Positions 1 through 9,050 of a DNA stretch of 24,000 nt are shown here, piece by piece. The position numbers and the translations under genes were made by a program. Origin of the DNA: Psychrobacter celer (GTDB lineage: Bacteria; Pseudomonadota; Gammaproteobacteria; Pseudomonadales; Moraxellaceae); NCBI RefSeq assembly GCF_016107555.1, contig NZ_JABASU010000030.1, forward strand, positions 2,117 to 26,116. Direction: 5' to 3'. The notes beneath the pieces were generated by a model. It saw only the letters and a program-made list of their open reading frames with translations. It was not told where the DNA came from and did not search any database. Positions within the stretch are counted from its first letter, which is position 1, and each line of letters starts with the position of its first letter.

Positions 1-867
1 CATGTCTTAAAAGAAAGATTACCTCCTGAGATCGTACTTGTATTTATAACTATGATTTGGGGAGGAACCTTTTTAGCTGTTCACTATGTCCTTAATTACA
101 CGACTCCTATTTTCTTTGTTGGTTGCCGATTTCTGGTTGCTGCTATGATTTTGCTTATTTTTACGTTTAAGTATCTAAAAAAGATAAGTAAAGATGATGT
201 TATTGCGGGTATTTCGATAGGTGCCGTACTAGCACTTTCATACGGACTTCAAACTATAGGTTTAAAGACGATAACAAGTAGTGAGTCTGCATTTTTAACA
301 GCACTATATATTCCTCTTGTACCAATATTAATCTGGATTTTTTATCGGAAGCTTCCAAATATCTTTATTTGGATTGGAATATTTTTTTCCTTTATTGGTT
401 TGATACTTCTAACAGGGAATGATTTTAGGGGTGTTAACTTTAATTTAGGACAAATTTTTACTCTTTTGAGTGCGCTGGGAATAGCCCTTGAAATCATTTT
501 GATCAGTAAGTTTGCAGGTAGAGTCGATTTAAAGAATGTCACTATCATCCAATTAGTAGTAGCGTCTATTTTCTGTTTTTTTATCATGCCTTTCGCAGGA
601 GAAACGGAAATTCCTAATATTTCATGGCAACTCGTAGTAGTTACATTAAGTCTGGGATTTGCCAGCACACTCATTCAATTTGCTATGAATTGGGCACAAC
701 GTACTGTAGATCCTTCTAGGGCCGCTATTATCTATTCAGGTGAGCCTGTTTGGGCAGCAATATTCGGAAGGCTGGCAGGAGAGCGTTTACCGTTTTTAGC
801 TCTTATTGGTGGGCTTTGTGTCATTTTAGGAATATTAATTAGTGAGATAAAAACTAAAAAGAAATAG
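1..867 (+). CDS. EamA/DMT-family permease, 5' end probably cut by the window edge
   Basis: Frame 1 is open from nt 1 into the listed ORF 52..867. The product is polytopic and hydrophobic, with two EamA-like halves (IWGGTFLAV... and IYSGEPVWAAIFG...). Residues encoded by nt 1-51 look like the pre-TM1 segment, so the true start is likely just upstream of the window. Confidence 0.75.
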   Translation, partial: HVLKERLPPEIVLVFITMIWGGTFLAVHYVLNYTTPIFFVGCRFLVAAMILLIFTFKYLKKISKDDVIAGISIGAVLALSYGLQTIGLKTITSSESAFLTALYIPLVPILIWIFYRKLPNIFIWIGIFFSFIGLILLTGNDFRGVNFNLGQIFTLLSALGIALEIILISKFAGRVDLKNVTIIQLVVASIFCFFIMPFAGETEIPNISWQLVVVTLSLGFASTLIQFAMNWAQRTVDPSRAAIIYSGEPVWAAIFGRLAGERLPFLALIGGLCVILGILISEIKTKKK

Positions 868-1007
868 TTTTATTATTGAGTTTCTCTAAAATTAACATAA
901 TGGCTGTTATAGGAATAAGGATTACTGCTGGCATACCTAATAACAAGTCCAATGGTTAGGTATTAAGCTCTTCGCTCACCTTTTAATATCGTTATTCTCA
1001 ACAAGAT

Positions 1008-2114
1008 CTAGTGACTTGGCATACCATAGTGATTTGCGATTAGCTCAACGGTGCGATATTGGGCGGGGCGCGAATAGCCCTGAACAACCAGCATTACCTC
1101 GTCAACCCCTGTCTTTTCCTGAATATCCTCCAAACCTTTTGCTACCTCGGCAGCAGTACCATGAAGGGTTTGATCAGTATATTTGTCAATAATCTGATGC
1201 TCTTGTGCATTACCTTGAAAAGCCGCCACTTCATCAGGTGGCAGTAGGGCAAAAGGTTTACGTTGGAACATTCTTAACATTGCCATAGCAGTAGAACTTG
1301 ACTGGCGACGTGCCTCTACAGGGTCTTCATCTGCAATCGCACCAATACTGACCAAACTGTATGGCTTGGCTAGGATTTTTGATGGACGGAAATTCTCTCG
1401 GTAAATCCGCATGGCATTTAAGACATCAGCACTGCCAAACTGTAATGCGAACGCATAAGGTCTGCCAAGCTGTGCTGCCAGATGCGCTGAATAAGTCGAT
1501 GACCCTAAGATCCAAACATCAGCAGTAGTCTTCGATGGGGGTACTCGGTTTTGCTCGGCCTGCCATGGGCCTGGCACAGCATGAACTTCACTATAAGGAT
1601 GGTCTTTTGGAAAGCTGTTTTCTAAAAAGCCCAACAATTCTGCGACTTGCTGAGGAAACTCATCATTCGCTGCCTGATGACGACGCAAAGCTGACGCCGT
1701 TGCGCCATCAGTACCTGGCGCCCTTCCCAAACCCAGATCAATCCGTCCTGGCGCCATCGCATCGAGCATACCAAATTGCTCAGCGACGACCAAAGGCACA
1801 TGATTGGGTAGCATGATGCCGCCTGCACCAAGCCTAATGCTTTCGGTTTCCCCCGTTAGACGCGCAACCATCATCTGTGGCGAAGGAACCGCAGCGCCCG
1901 GCATGGCATGATGTTCAGACATCCAAAACCGCTGAAAGCCCCTTTTATCCGCCAGTTTCGCAAGAGCGACCATCTCTTGAATGGTGTCCTCTGCCGTGTG
2001 ACCAACACCAGTGAAGGCATTGTCAAGCACCGAAAGGACGAAAGGTGCGCTACCTGAATAATTTGGAATATTCATAAGCTGTCTCAGTTGTGCCATATTT
2101 ATCATGTCTAGCAA
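1008..2114 (-). CDS. LLM-class (luciferase-like) flavin-dependent oxidoreductase, YhbW-like
   Basis: 368-aa ORF resembling E. coli YhbW: FVLSVLD, RFWMSEHH, GGIMLPNHVPLVVAEQFGMLDAMAPGRIDLGLGRAPG, WILGSSTYSAHLAAQLG. The start codon is uncertain (TTG at 2114, ATGs at 2105, 2096, 2075) and none has a clear Shine-Dalgarno. Confidence 0.85.
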   Translation of the reverse strand: MLDMINMAQLRQLMNIPNYSGSAPFVLSVLDNAFTGVGHTAEDTIQEMVALAKLADKRGFQRFWMSEHHAMPGAAVPSPQMMVARLTGETESIRLGAGGIMLPNHVPLVVAEQFGMLDAMAPGRIDLGLGRAPGTDGATASALRRHQAANDEFPQQVAELLGFLENSFPKDHPYSEVHAVPGPWQAEQNRVPPSKTTADVWILGSSTYSAHLAAQLGRPYAFALQFGSADVLNAMRIYRENFRPSKILAKPYSLVSIGAIADEDPVEARRQSSSTAMAMLRMFQRKPFALLPPDEVAAFQGNAQEHQIIDKYTDQTLHGTAAEVAKGLEDIQEKTGVDEVMLVVQGYSRPAQYRTVELIANHYGMPSH

Positions 2115-2168
2115 TACTCAAAAAGTACGACTAGACAAAAGTGATTCTAAAAACAAATCCATAAAGAA

Positions 2169-3083
2169 CTAGAACTTGTAGTACTGACCATCATCAGGGA
2201 CAAGCGTACGTTGTTTATCCAGATGTTTTTGCTCGATAAAACGGCGCAGCTCTGCCTTCGACAGTGCGCCATGATTGACCGTATCCATGTGCACATTAAT
2301 TATCTGAGCATTAGGTGAGAATTGATACGCACGGTATACATCGTCTTTACCCATAATAATAGAGTCATCGACAAAGGTAGACAGCTTTGCATAGCCTGTA
2401 TTAAGGATGACCGCATCAGGCTTGTAGCGAGTCAGCGCATTCTCTACTTCTTTATTCCAAATGGTATCCCCTACCACATAGACGGTCTTGTAGTTTGGCT
2501 TTTGGAACACAATACCCATCGTTTTACCAAGTGCCTGAGCAAGCGCTGGAACTTTGTACATCTCATCAGTGCCATGCTGTCCTATGGTTTTATTTATTCT
2601 AGTGCCTTTAAACACCACCCCTTGCTCTGTCAACACTCTGACATCGGTAAAGCCATCTTTACGCACGGTTGCCGCATCAGCTTCATTTTGGGTAAAAATT
2701 GGCATATTACGAGGGACCAGGTTGCGTGCAGCATCGTCCCAATGATCCGCATGTAGATGGGTTAAAATAATGGCGTCAGCCTTTAGTACCTCTGCAACAG
2801 ATACCGGCAAATCTACCATTGGATAGCGTATTTGGCTATTTAACGTATCTGCAAACCCTGGATAAGCGTTTTTAGCCGCGAGCATCGGATCGACTAAAAA
2901 CGTGGTGCCAGCATAATCGAGCTTGATCGTGGCATTACGGATTTGCTGGAATTCCACCGTATTAGTCGCCGTCTGTTTGTCAGCGTTAGGATTAGCCGCT
3001 GGAGTGGCAAAGGTGGTACATGCGGTTAACAACATCACGCCACTTAACAGCGTGGTACTGGTGAGCGATTTCGCTATATCCAT
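2169..3083 (-). CDS. MBL-fold metallo-hydrolase, predicted lipoprotein
   Basis: HxHxDH motif (THLHADHWD). Starting at the ATG at 3083 gives MDIAKSLTSTTLLSGVMLLTAC, a signal peptide with an L-T-A-C lipobox. The longer 340-aa ORF (to 3191) would overlap the neighbouring gene. Confidence 0.8.
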   Translation of the reverse strand: MDIAKSLTSTTLLSGVMLLTACTTFATPAANPNADKQTATNTVEFQQIRNATIKLDYAGTTFLVDPMLAAKNAYPGFADTLNSQIRYPMVDLPVSVAEVLKADAIILTHLHADHWDDAARNLVPRNMPIFTQNEADAATVRKDGFTDVRVLTEQGVVFKGTRINKTIGQHGTDEMYKVPALAQALGKTMGIVFQKPNYKTVYVVGDTIWNKEVENALTRYKPDAVILNTGYAKLSTFVDDSIIMGKDDVYRAYQFSPNAQIINVHMDTVNHGALSKAELRRFIEQKHLDKQRTLVPDDGQYYKF

Positions 3084-3162
3084 AATTTGATACCTTGTTA
3101 ATGAGATTCTTGTTGATGAGTCTGTTTTACGACTTAATGAGGGTTTGGTTAAACACTCAGTA

Positions 3163-3711
3163 TTAACGTGCAATCCAGGTTTGGGTATCAATCACTTCGC
3201 CATACATAAACTCAATGGCTGCCATAATAGTGGCATGAACCTGCGCTGCGGGTACGGTCGTTCCATTAAATTCAAGATCAAGCGTGGCACAAGCATCATG
3301 AATCGTGGTCGTGGTATAACCAAAGTCCACTGCCGCGCGAACGGTTGCATCAATACACATGTGGCTCATGGCGCCAATTACGGTCACCTCTTTAATGCCT
3401 TCTTTATCTAACAGCTCTTTCAGAGTCGTCTCACGGAATGAATTGGCATAATGCTTCACAACGACGACTTCACCCTCTATCGGTTTTACCTTCTCATGGA
3501 TTTCTACACCATCGGTATTAGGCGTAAATATCGGCGCATCAATAGAGGGCATTTCATGGCGGATATGAATGACGGTATGGCCTTTTTCTCTAGCAGACGC
3601 AATAACCAAAGCTGCATTATCAGCGGCTTCATTGATACCTACGAGTGATAATTTACCTTGCGGAAAATACTCATTTTGAATATCTACAACGATAAGTGCT
3701 TTTGTGCTCAT
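3163..3711 (-). CDS. Isochorismatase-family cysteine hydrolase
   Basis: MSTKALIVVDIQNEYF N-terminus, catalytic-Cys context GAMSHMCIDATVR, size ~182 aa. The ATG at 3711 is preceded by AGGA; the ORF track starts 7 codons earlier. Confidence 0.85.
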   Translation of the reverse strand: MSTKALIVVDIQNEYFPQGKLSLVGINEAADNAALVIASAREKGHTVIHIRHEMPSIDAPIFTPNTDGVEIHEKVKPIEGEVVVVKHYANSFRETTLKELLDKEGIKEVTVIGAMSHMCIDATVRAAVDFGYTTTTIHDACATLDLEFNGTTVPAAQVHATIMAAIEFMYGEVIDTQTWIAR

Positions 3712-3817
3712 GATGATTCCTTTTTTTATCAAAGTGACTGTATAGGCGTATATTTTACAAGCTCTATGCTACACTAACGAGTGGCTACATCGACACATAA
3801 GAGGTTAATAACGACAT

Positions 3818-4798
3818 ATGAATCAAAAATATGCTATTGAAATCGGCTTAATTGTCTATGAGAAAGCACAAATGGCGGCCATCCTTGGGCTGACTGATTT
3901 ACTGATGGTGGCCAGTAAAATCGCTGCCGAACGTCAAGATACAACCGATCTGCCTTTACAGGTCAGTCACTGGGAGATTACGGGTTCTGAGCAGCAGCCT
4001 ACCTGCACTTTTTCGAGCAATCCCGATAGTGTAGGAAAATTAAAAGCCGTCATCATTCCACCCACGTTAGAGGCGCCTACTGCAAAGCAAGCAGCAGCAC
4101 CTTGGCTTGAATGGCTAAAAGAGCATCATTCAGGAGGTGTGATAATGTCATCTGTTTGCGCCGGTGCTTTTTTGTTGGGCGAAACAGGACTACTATCTAA
4201 GCGCAAGGCGACTACGCATTGGGGTTATGCAGAGGATTTTAAGCAGCGCTTTTCTGATGTGGATCTTGATGTGGATCGCATTATTATCGAAGACGGCGAT
4301 ATTGTGACCGCTGGTGGCGCGATGGCTTGGACAGATTTAGGACTTAGAATGGTAGATCGCTTTCTTGGCTCACAAGTGATGAATGAGACCGCTCGTGCAT
4401 TGTTAATTGACCCCTCAAGGCGTGAACAATGCTATTACAGTGCGTTCTCACCCAACCTCACCCATGGTGACGCGGCCATACTAAAGGTGCAGCATTGGCT
4501 ACAAAAAACAGAAGCACGGGTTATTGATTTATCCACCCTAGCCAGTTGTGCGCAGTTAGAGGAGCGCACTTTTCTGCGCCGTTTCCATAAGGCGACGGGC
4601 ATGACATCAACAGAATACTGTCAGCGATTACGCATTGGTAGTGCAAAAGACTTTCTACAGTTCTCTTTAATGCCTGTTGAGCAAATAGCGTGGAAGGTGG
4701 GTTATAGTGATGTTAGTGCGTTTCGTAAAATATTTAAGCGTGTTGTTGGTTTGACACCAAGTGAGTATCGGCGCAGATTTACTCTGGATAAAGAGTAA
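3818..4798 (+). CDS. GlxA-family transcriptional regulator (DJ-1/PfpI-like domain + AraC-type HTH)
   Basis: N-terminal class-I amidotransferase-like domain (SVCAGAFLLGETGLL, ATTHW). C-terminal AraC HTH (ERTFLRRFHKATGMTSTEYCQRLRI...VGYSDVSAFRKIFKRVVGLTPSEYRRRF). Divergent from the isochorismatase gene. Confidence 0.85.
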   Translation: MNQKYAIEIGLIVYEKAQMAAILGLTDLLMVASKIAAERQDTTDLPLQVSHWEITGSEQQPTCTFSSNPDSVGKLKAVIIPPTLEAPTAKQAAAPWLEWLKEHHSGGVIMSSVCAGAFLLGETGLLSKRKATTHWGYAEDFKQRFSDVDLDVDRIIIEDGDIVTAGGAMAWTDLGLRMVDRFLGSQVMNETARALLIDPSRREQCYYSAFSPNLTHGDAAILKVQHWLQKTEARVIDLSTLASCAQLEERTFLRRFHKATGMTSTEYCQRLRIGSAKDFLQFSLMPVEQIAWKVGYSDVSAFRKIFKRVVGLTPSEYRRRFTLDKE

Positions 4799-4945
4799 TG
4801 TACTCAGGCGATTACTTTTTTAAAGCGCATCAATAAGATGCAGTTGCTCATTCCAGCTTTTCTCCAACTGGTCAATATTTTCAGATGTGATTCAGCCCAT
4901 CGTCCTTTCTGTCAAACAGATAGGCTGCGCGTTTATAAGGCTGAT

Positions 4946-5140
4946 TCATTGCGCTTGTGCAGGGAAACCGCCTTTTGCTAAAGCAGCTGTCATCTGCTCA
5001 ATATTGGCGATGGTTTCGATACTGACCACTTTGGCTGCTAAATCAATCTTAACCTTGGCCTTTGAGTCGATATTCTGAATAGCTGCTGTCACACCACGGG
5101 CACAACCGCCACAGTTCATATTTGCAATCAATAGTTTCAT
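4946..5140 (-). CDS. copZ: CopZ-like heavy-metal-associated (HMA) metallochaperone, 64 aa
   Basis: MKLLIANMNCGGCARGV... carries the M-x-C-x-x-C motif in a 64-aa single-domain protein. The ATG at 5140 is preceded by GGAGAAAGGG. The ORF track's longer version adds 23 unlikely residues. Confidence 0.8.
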   Translation of the reverse strand: MKLLIANMNCGGCARGVTAAIQNIDSKAKVKIDLAAKVVSIETIANIEQMTAALAKGGFPAQAQ

Positions 5141-5174
5141 ACCCTTTCTCCAAATAAGTTTTATTTCATCACTA

Positions 5175-5205
5175 AGCTTAAGCCTTGTCATAATGGTAAG
5201 GTCAA
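5175..5205 (-). promoter_or_regulatory. MerR/CueR-type promoter for copZ (TTGACC - 19 bp - TAAGCT)
   Basis: On the minus strand: TTGACC (complement of 5200-5205), a 19-bp spacer holding the imperfect dyad CCTTACCAT-T-ATGACAAGG, then TAAGCT (complement of 5175-5180). Confidence 0.5.
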
Positions 5206-5227
5206 ACACATTTTTGAAAAAATATAC

Positions 5228-5258
5228 TTGACCTTACCATGATGTCAACCTATATGCT
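5228..5258 (+). promoter_or_regulatory. MerR/CueR-type promoter for copA (TTGACC - 19 bp - TATGCT)
   Basis: TTGACC 5228-5233, 19-bp spacer TTACCATGATGTCAACCTA, TATGCT 5253-5258. The first ~20 nt nearly repeat the copZ promoter on the other strand. Confidence 0.5.
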
Positions 5259-5291
5259 GTTGATAATAGATTGAACATGATAGAGGCTGTT

Positions 5292-7769
5292 ATGAATTCA
5301 GAAAATAGTAAGTCTTATCTTTATAGTGAGACATTGCCCATTGAGGGTATGACTTGTGCTTCATGTGTGGGACGAGTAGAAAAAGCATTAAAAAAAGTTG
5401 AAGGTGTTGAAAATGCTGAGGTGAATCTTGCGACTGAAAAAGCCATGATTTCCTCATCTCAACCTTTAGACCTTATCGCAGTAACCAAAGCCGTAGAACG
5501 AGCCGGTTATAAGATCTTGGCATCTCAGCCGATTGAGCTGTCGATAGAAGGTATGACTTGTGCTTCCTGTGTTGGACGGGTAGAAAAAGCATTAAAAAAA
5601 GTTGAGGGCGTACAACAAGCAAACGTCAACCTTGCTACTGAACGCGCATGGGTACAAGGCAACGCTCAAGTACAGAGCAGCGATTTGATTCAAGCCGTTA
5701 AAAAAGCGGGATACCATGCGAAGCTGGTTGAGCAGGATCAAAGTGACCAACAGGACAAGAAAGCCACGGAACAGCAGCAGCTGAAACGAGATTTAATCAT
5801 CTCTTTGATTTTGGCCGTTCCGGTTTTTATTCTAGAAATGGGGTCACATATGATTCCAGCTTTTCATATGTGGGTCGTGGACAATATCGGCACGCAACAA
5901 AGCTGGTTGATTCAATTTGTTTTGACGACGCTGGTTCTTATCTTTCCAGGGCGACGTTTTTATCAAAAAGGTATTCCGGCATTATGGCGTTTTGCACCGG
6001 ATATGAATTCATTGGTCGCGGTTGGAACACTGGCGGCTTATAGTTTTTCGCTAGTCGCAACATTTATTCCACAAGTTCTACCCGAGGGCACTGTGAATGT
6101 TTATTACGAAGCGGCCGCTGTGATTGTAAGCTTAATTTTATTAGGGCGTTATTTTGAGGCAAAAGCCAAAGGACGTACCTCTCAAGCCATTCAACATCTA
6201 GTGGGTATGCAGGCAAAAACAGCGCGTGTTCACCATAATGGGCAAGTGAATGAAGTACCGATTGCAGAAGTAACCACAGAAACGATCGTTGAGATTCGTC
6301 CCGGTGAGCGTGTTCCTGTTGATGGTGAAGTGGTTGAAGGTCAAAGCTATATTGATGAATCCATGATTACGGGTGAACCCGTTCCTGTTAAAAAACAAGT
6401 GGGTGATCAAGTGGTAGGAGGGACGATCAATCAGAATGGAACTTTGAATTTTCGGGCAACGGCCATTGGCGACTCTTCGGTATTGGCGCAAATCATTCGC
6501 ATGGTTGAACAGGCTCAAGGATCTAAATTACCGATTCAGGCATTGGTTGATAAAGTCACTATGTGGTTTGTTCCCATGGTCATGTTCTTAGCAGCTCTGA
6601 CTTTTGCTGTGTGGTTTGTTCTTGGTCCTGAGCCTGCTTTGACGTTTAGTCTCGTTAATGCCGTTGCTGTCTTAATCATTGCTTGTCCCTGTGCAATGGG
6701 ATTGGCAACCCCTACCTCCATTATGGTTGGTACAGGTCGCGGTGCAGAAATGGGCGTCTTATTCCGTAAAGGTGAAGCGTTACAAGCTTTACAGGAAGTT
6801 AAAGTCATTGCGGTCGATAAAACCGGCACCTTGACCGAAGGTAAACCAACCTTAACGGATTTTCATGTCCAACAAGGGTTTCAACATGAGCAAGTCTTGC
6901 GTATTGTGGCATCGGTTGAAGCAAAGTCTGAACATCCCATTGCCGTAGCCATTGTTCAAGCCGCAGAACAACAAAATATCAGCTTATTACCGATTACCGC
7001 TTTTGACTCTGTGACCGGACTAGGGATTAAAGCGGAAGTGACAGGTCAAACCATTCATATTGGTGCTGATCGTTATATGAAGCAATTAGAGCTTGATGTT
7101 ACACCTTTTGAAAATGAGGCTGCACGCTTAGGACAAGAAGGTAAAACCCCACTTTATGTCGCGATTGACCAAAAGCTAGCAGCCATTATTGCCGTTGCAG
7201 ACCCTATTAAAGATACCACTTATACTGCTATTGCAGGTTTACATCAACTGGGCTTAAAAGTGGCAATGATTACAGGCGACAATCGGCATACCGCCCAAGC
7301 AATTGCAGCAAAATTACATATTGATCAAGTGGTCGCAGAAGTGTTGCCTGATGGAAAAGTAGATGCACTACGTCAGCTGCAACAACAGTATGGACGAGTG
7401 GCTTTTGTTGGTGATGGGATTAATGATGCCCCTGCTCTTGCTCAAGCGGATGTCGGTCTGGCAATTGGGACAGGGACAGATGTGGCAATTGAAGCAGCAG
7501 ACGTGGTGTTGATGTCAGGTAGTCTACAAGGCGTCCCTAATGCGATTGCTTTAAGTAAAGCGACTATCAAAAATATTCGACAGAATCTATTTTGGGCATT
7601 TTTCTATAACATTGCCCTGATACCAATTGCCGCAGGGGTTTTATATCCAGCATTTGGTATTTTGCTGTCACCCATTTTTGCCGCAGGAGCAATGGCGCTA
7701 TCCTCTGTTTTTGTGCTAGGTAATGCCTTACGTTTAAAGTACTTTCAGGTGCCAGCGATTAAAGCATAG
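5292..7769 (+). CDS. copA: Copper-translocating P1B-type ATPase with two N-terminal HMA domains
   Basis: Two [21 protein letters not shown] domains, transmembrane CPC motif ([12 protein letters not shown]), DKTGTLT phosphorylation site, GDGINDAP hinge. The ATG at 5292 has GAGG 7 nt upstream; the ORF track begins at TTG 5271. Confidence 0.95.
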   Translation: MNSENSKSYLYSETLPIEGMTCASCVGRVEKALKKVEGVENAEVNLATEKAMISSSQPLDLIAVTKAVERAGYKILASQPIELSIEGMTCASCVGRVEKALKKVEGVQQANVNLATERAWVQGNAQVQSSDLIQAVKKAGYHAKLVEQDQSDQQDKKATEQQQLKRDLIISLILAVPVFILEMGSHMIPAFHMWVVDNIGTQQSWLIQFVLTTLVLIFPGRRFYQKGIPALWRFAPDMNSLVAVGTLAAYSFSLVATFIPQVLPEGTVNVYYEAAAVIVSLILLGRYFEAKAKGRTSQAIQHLVGMQAKTARVHHNGQVNEVPIAEVTTETIVEIRPGERVPVDGEVVEGQSYIDESMITGEPVPVKKQVGDQVVGGTINQNGTLNFRATAIGDSSVLAQIIRMVEQAQGSKLPIQALVDKVTMWFVPMVMFLAALTFAVWFVLGPEPALTFSLVNAVAVLIIACPCAMGLATPTSIMVGTGRGAEMGVLFRKGEALQALQEVKVIAVDKTGTLTEGKPTLTDFHVQQGFQHEQVLRIVASVEAKSEHPIAVAIVQAAEQQNISLLPITAFDSVTGLGIKAEVTGQTIHIGADRYMKQLELDVTPFENEAARLGQEGKTPLYVAIDQKLAAIIAVADPIKDTTYTAIAGLHQLGLKVAMITGDNRHTAQAIAAKLHIDQVVAEVLPDGKVDALRQLQQQYGRVAFVGDGINDAPALAQADVGLAIGTGTDVAIEAADVVLMSGSLQGVPNAIALSKATIKNIRQNLFWAFFYNIALIPIAAGVLYPAFGILLSPIFAAGAMALSSVFVLGNALRLKYFQVPAIKA
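5346..5607 (+). repeat. Internal duplication of the HMA-domain coding segment in copA
   Basis: GGTATGACTTGTGCTTC.TGTGT.GGACG.GTAGAAAAAGCATTAAAAAAAGTTGA.GG occurs at 5346-5403 and again at 5550-5607. The offset is 204 bp (68 codons) with about 4 mismatches by eye. Confidence 0.85.
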
Positions 7770-7783
7770 ATTATATTAAGATA

Positions 7784-7818
7784 GGGTTAAAGTAGCCGTT
7801 TGGCTTTAACCCTTTTTA
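7784..7818 (+). terminator. Rho-independent terminator after copA
   Basis: GGGTTAAAG (7784-7792), an 11-nt loop, CTTTAACCC (7804-7812), followed by TTTTT. Confidence 0.55.
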
Positions 7819-7834
7819 TATCAGGAGGAAAGTT

Positions 7835-8227
7835 ATGAATATCGGTCAAGCGTCAGAGCGATCAGGAATCTCTCCCAAAATGATTCGCTATTATGAACAA
7901 ATCGGTTTGCTTGATACCGCCAAACGCTCGAATTCAGGTTATCGAATCTACTCTAATCAAGATATAAAAAACTTATGCTTTTTAAGACAGGCTCGTGATT
8001 TAGGTTTTTCCTCCAAACAGATGAAAGAATTGCTTAATTTGTGGAAAAATACAGATCGGCAGAGTGCTGATGTTAAAAAATTAACACTGACACATATAGA
8101 AACTTTAAACCGAAAAATAGCTCAGTTGCAAGATATGGTGAGCTTATTACAGATTTCTGCTGATCATTGCTCAGGTAATGAAAACGCAGAGTGCGCCATA
8201 TTAGAAGATCTTGAACAGGGTGAATAA
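7835..8227 (+). CDS. cueR: Cu(I)-responsive MerR-family regulator CueR
   Basis: MerR HTH (GISPKMIRYYEQIGLL...SGYRIY), the RQSADVKK segment, and a C-terminal C-x7-C loop (HCSGNENAECAILEDL) matching the E. coli CueR CPGDDSADCPIIENL metal site. AGGAGG RBS. Confidence 0.9.
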   Translation: MNIGQASERSGISPKMIRYYEQIGLLDTAKRSNSGYRIYSNQDIKNLCFLRQARDLGFSSKQMKELLNLWKNTDRQSADVKKLTLTHIETLNRKIAQLQDMVSLLQISADHCSGNENAECAILEDLEQGE

Positions 8228-8234
8228 AATAAAT

Positions 8235-9037
8235 GGTGGTGTATCAAAAAGTATGCTGGAGTAATAAAAGAAGGGTAACAGCCGAAGCAAGATGATATAT
8301 TTGAGGTTATGAAGACACAAATACAGATCAATTGCCCCGACTGTCACAGTCCCAGTTTTTCGATACACGGCAAAAAAAGCTATGGCAAGCAGAACTATCA
8401 GTGCAAGGACTGCAAACGTCAATTCATTGGCGACCATGCCTTAACTTATCATGGCTGTCACTCTAGAATAGAAGATAAAATACGGCTAATGACAGTGAGA
8501 GGCTGTGGCGTCAGAGACATTGCTATTATAGCCTCAGTTAGCATTGGTAAAGTGCTTAGCACCATAGGCTCATCTGTTTATAAGATTGCGCCTAAGAAGC
8601 GCTATTATGAACGCTTAGAGGTTGATGAGTTTTGGACTTACGTGTATCGCAAAAAGCGTAAAGTTTGGCTTATTTATGCTTATGACCGCGCTACCAATGA
8701 GATTGTCGCTTATGTCTGGGGCAAACGTGACCTGAAAACAGCTAAGAAGCTAAGAGCCCGTCTTAAACAACTGAAAGTCAGCTATGGTTCTATTAGCATG
8801 GATAACTGGGATAGCTTTATAACCGCATTCAAGCCTGACAAGAAACAAATCGGCAAGCAGCATACGGTAGGCATAGAAGGTAATAACTGTCGCCTTAGAC
8901 ACCGATTGCGACGAGCCGTTCGAAAGACCTGCTGCTTCTCAAAGAAATTTAATAACCACTTTAAGGTGTTTGATTTGGTATTCTTCTATGTCAATTATGG
9001 CTATGTCTGATGCCAGCATACTTTTTAGAACACCACC
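8235..9037 (+). mobile_element. IS1-family insertion sequence, copy A (803 bp)
   Basis: Terminal inverted repeats: GGTGGTGTATCAAAAAGTATGCTGG at 8235, and at the right end the reverse complement of GGTGGTGTTCTAAAAAGTATGCTGG, ending at 9037. One transposase ORF. No matching 8-9 bp direct repeats flank it (AAAATAAAT vs GTATTTTTT). Confidence 0.9.
8309..9010 (+). CDS. IS1-family transposase, single uninterrupted ORF (233 aa)
   Basis: N-terminal zinc finger CPDC...CKDC. The C-terminal part matches E. coli IS1 InsB by eye: DEFWTYV (DEQWGYV), WLIYAYD (WLFYAYD), IEGNNCRLRHRLRRAVRKTCCFSK ([24 protein letters not shown]). Confidence 0.9.
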   Translation: MKTQIQINCPDCHSPSFSIHGKKSYGKQNYQCKDCKRQFIGDHALTYHGCHSRIEDKIRLMTVRGCGVRDIAIIASVSIGKVLSTIGSSVYKIAPKKRYYERLEVDEFWTYVYRKKRKVWLIYAYDRATNEIVAYVWGKRDLKTAKKLRARLKQLKVSYGSISMDNWDSFITAFKPDKKQIGKQHTVGIEGNNCRLRHRLRRAVRKTCCFSKKFNNHFKVFDLVFFYVNYGYV

Positions 9038-9050
9038 GTATTTTTTGAGG

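Noticed and set aside
931-968. 8-bp inverted repeat ATACCTAA...TTAGGTAT between the convergent EamA and LLM genes
   Set aside because: The 15-nt loop and absent T-tract make it at best a weak terminator. It shows no similarity to the IS ends.
4799-4945. Minus-strand peptide fragments (…KRAAYLFDRKDDGLNHI / SENIDQLEKSWNEQLHLIDAL*) downstream of copZ, possibly a frameshifted gene remnant
   Set aside because: The fragments are in two different frames with no start codon, and I cannot assign them to any family. The evidence is not enough to call a pseudogene.
8201-8437. 78-aa minus-strand ORF over the left end of IS copy A, with its 82-aa twin at 9868-10116
   Set aside because: Both lie antisense to the IS left end and the transposase 5' region. 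The upstream parts differ between the copies and run into unrelated flanks. The products are low-complexity hydrophobic sequence with no recognisable family or RBS. Most likely a by-product of the transposase reading frame.
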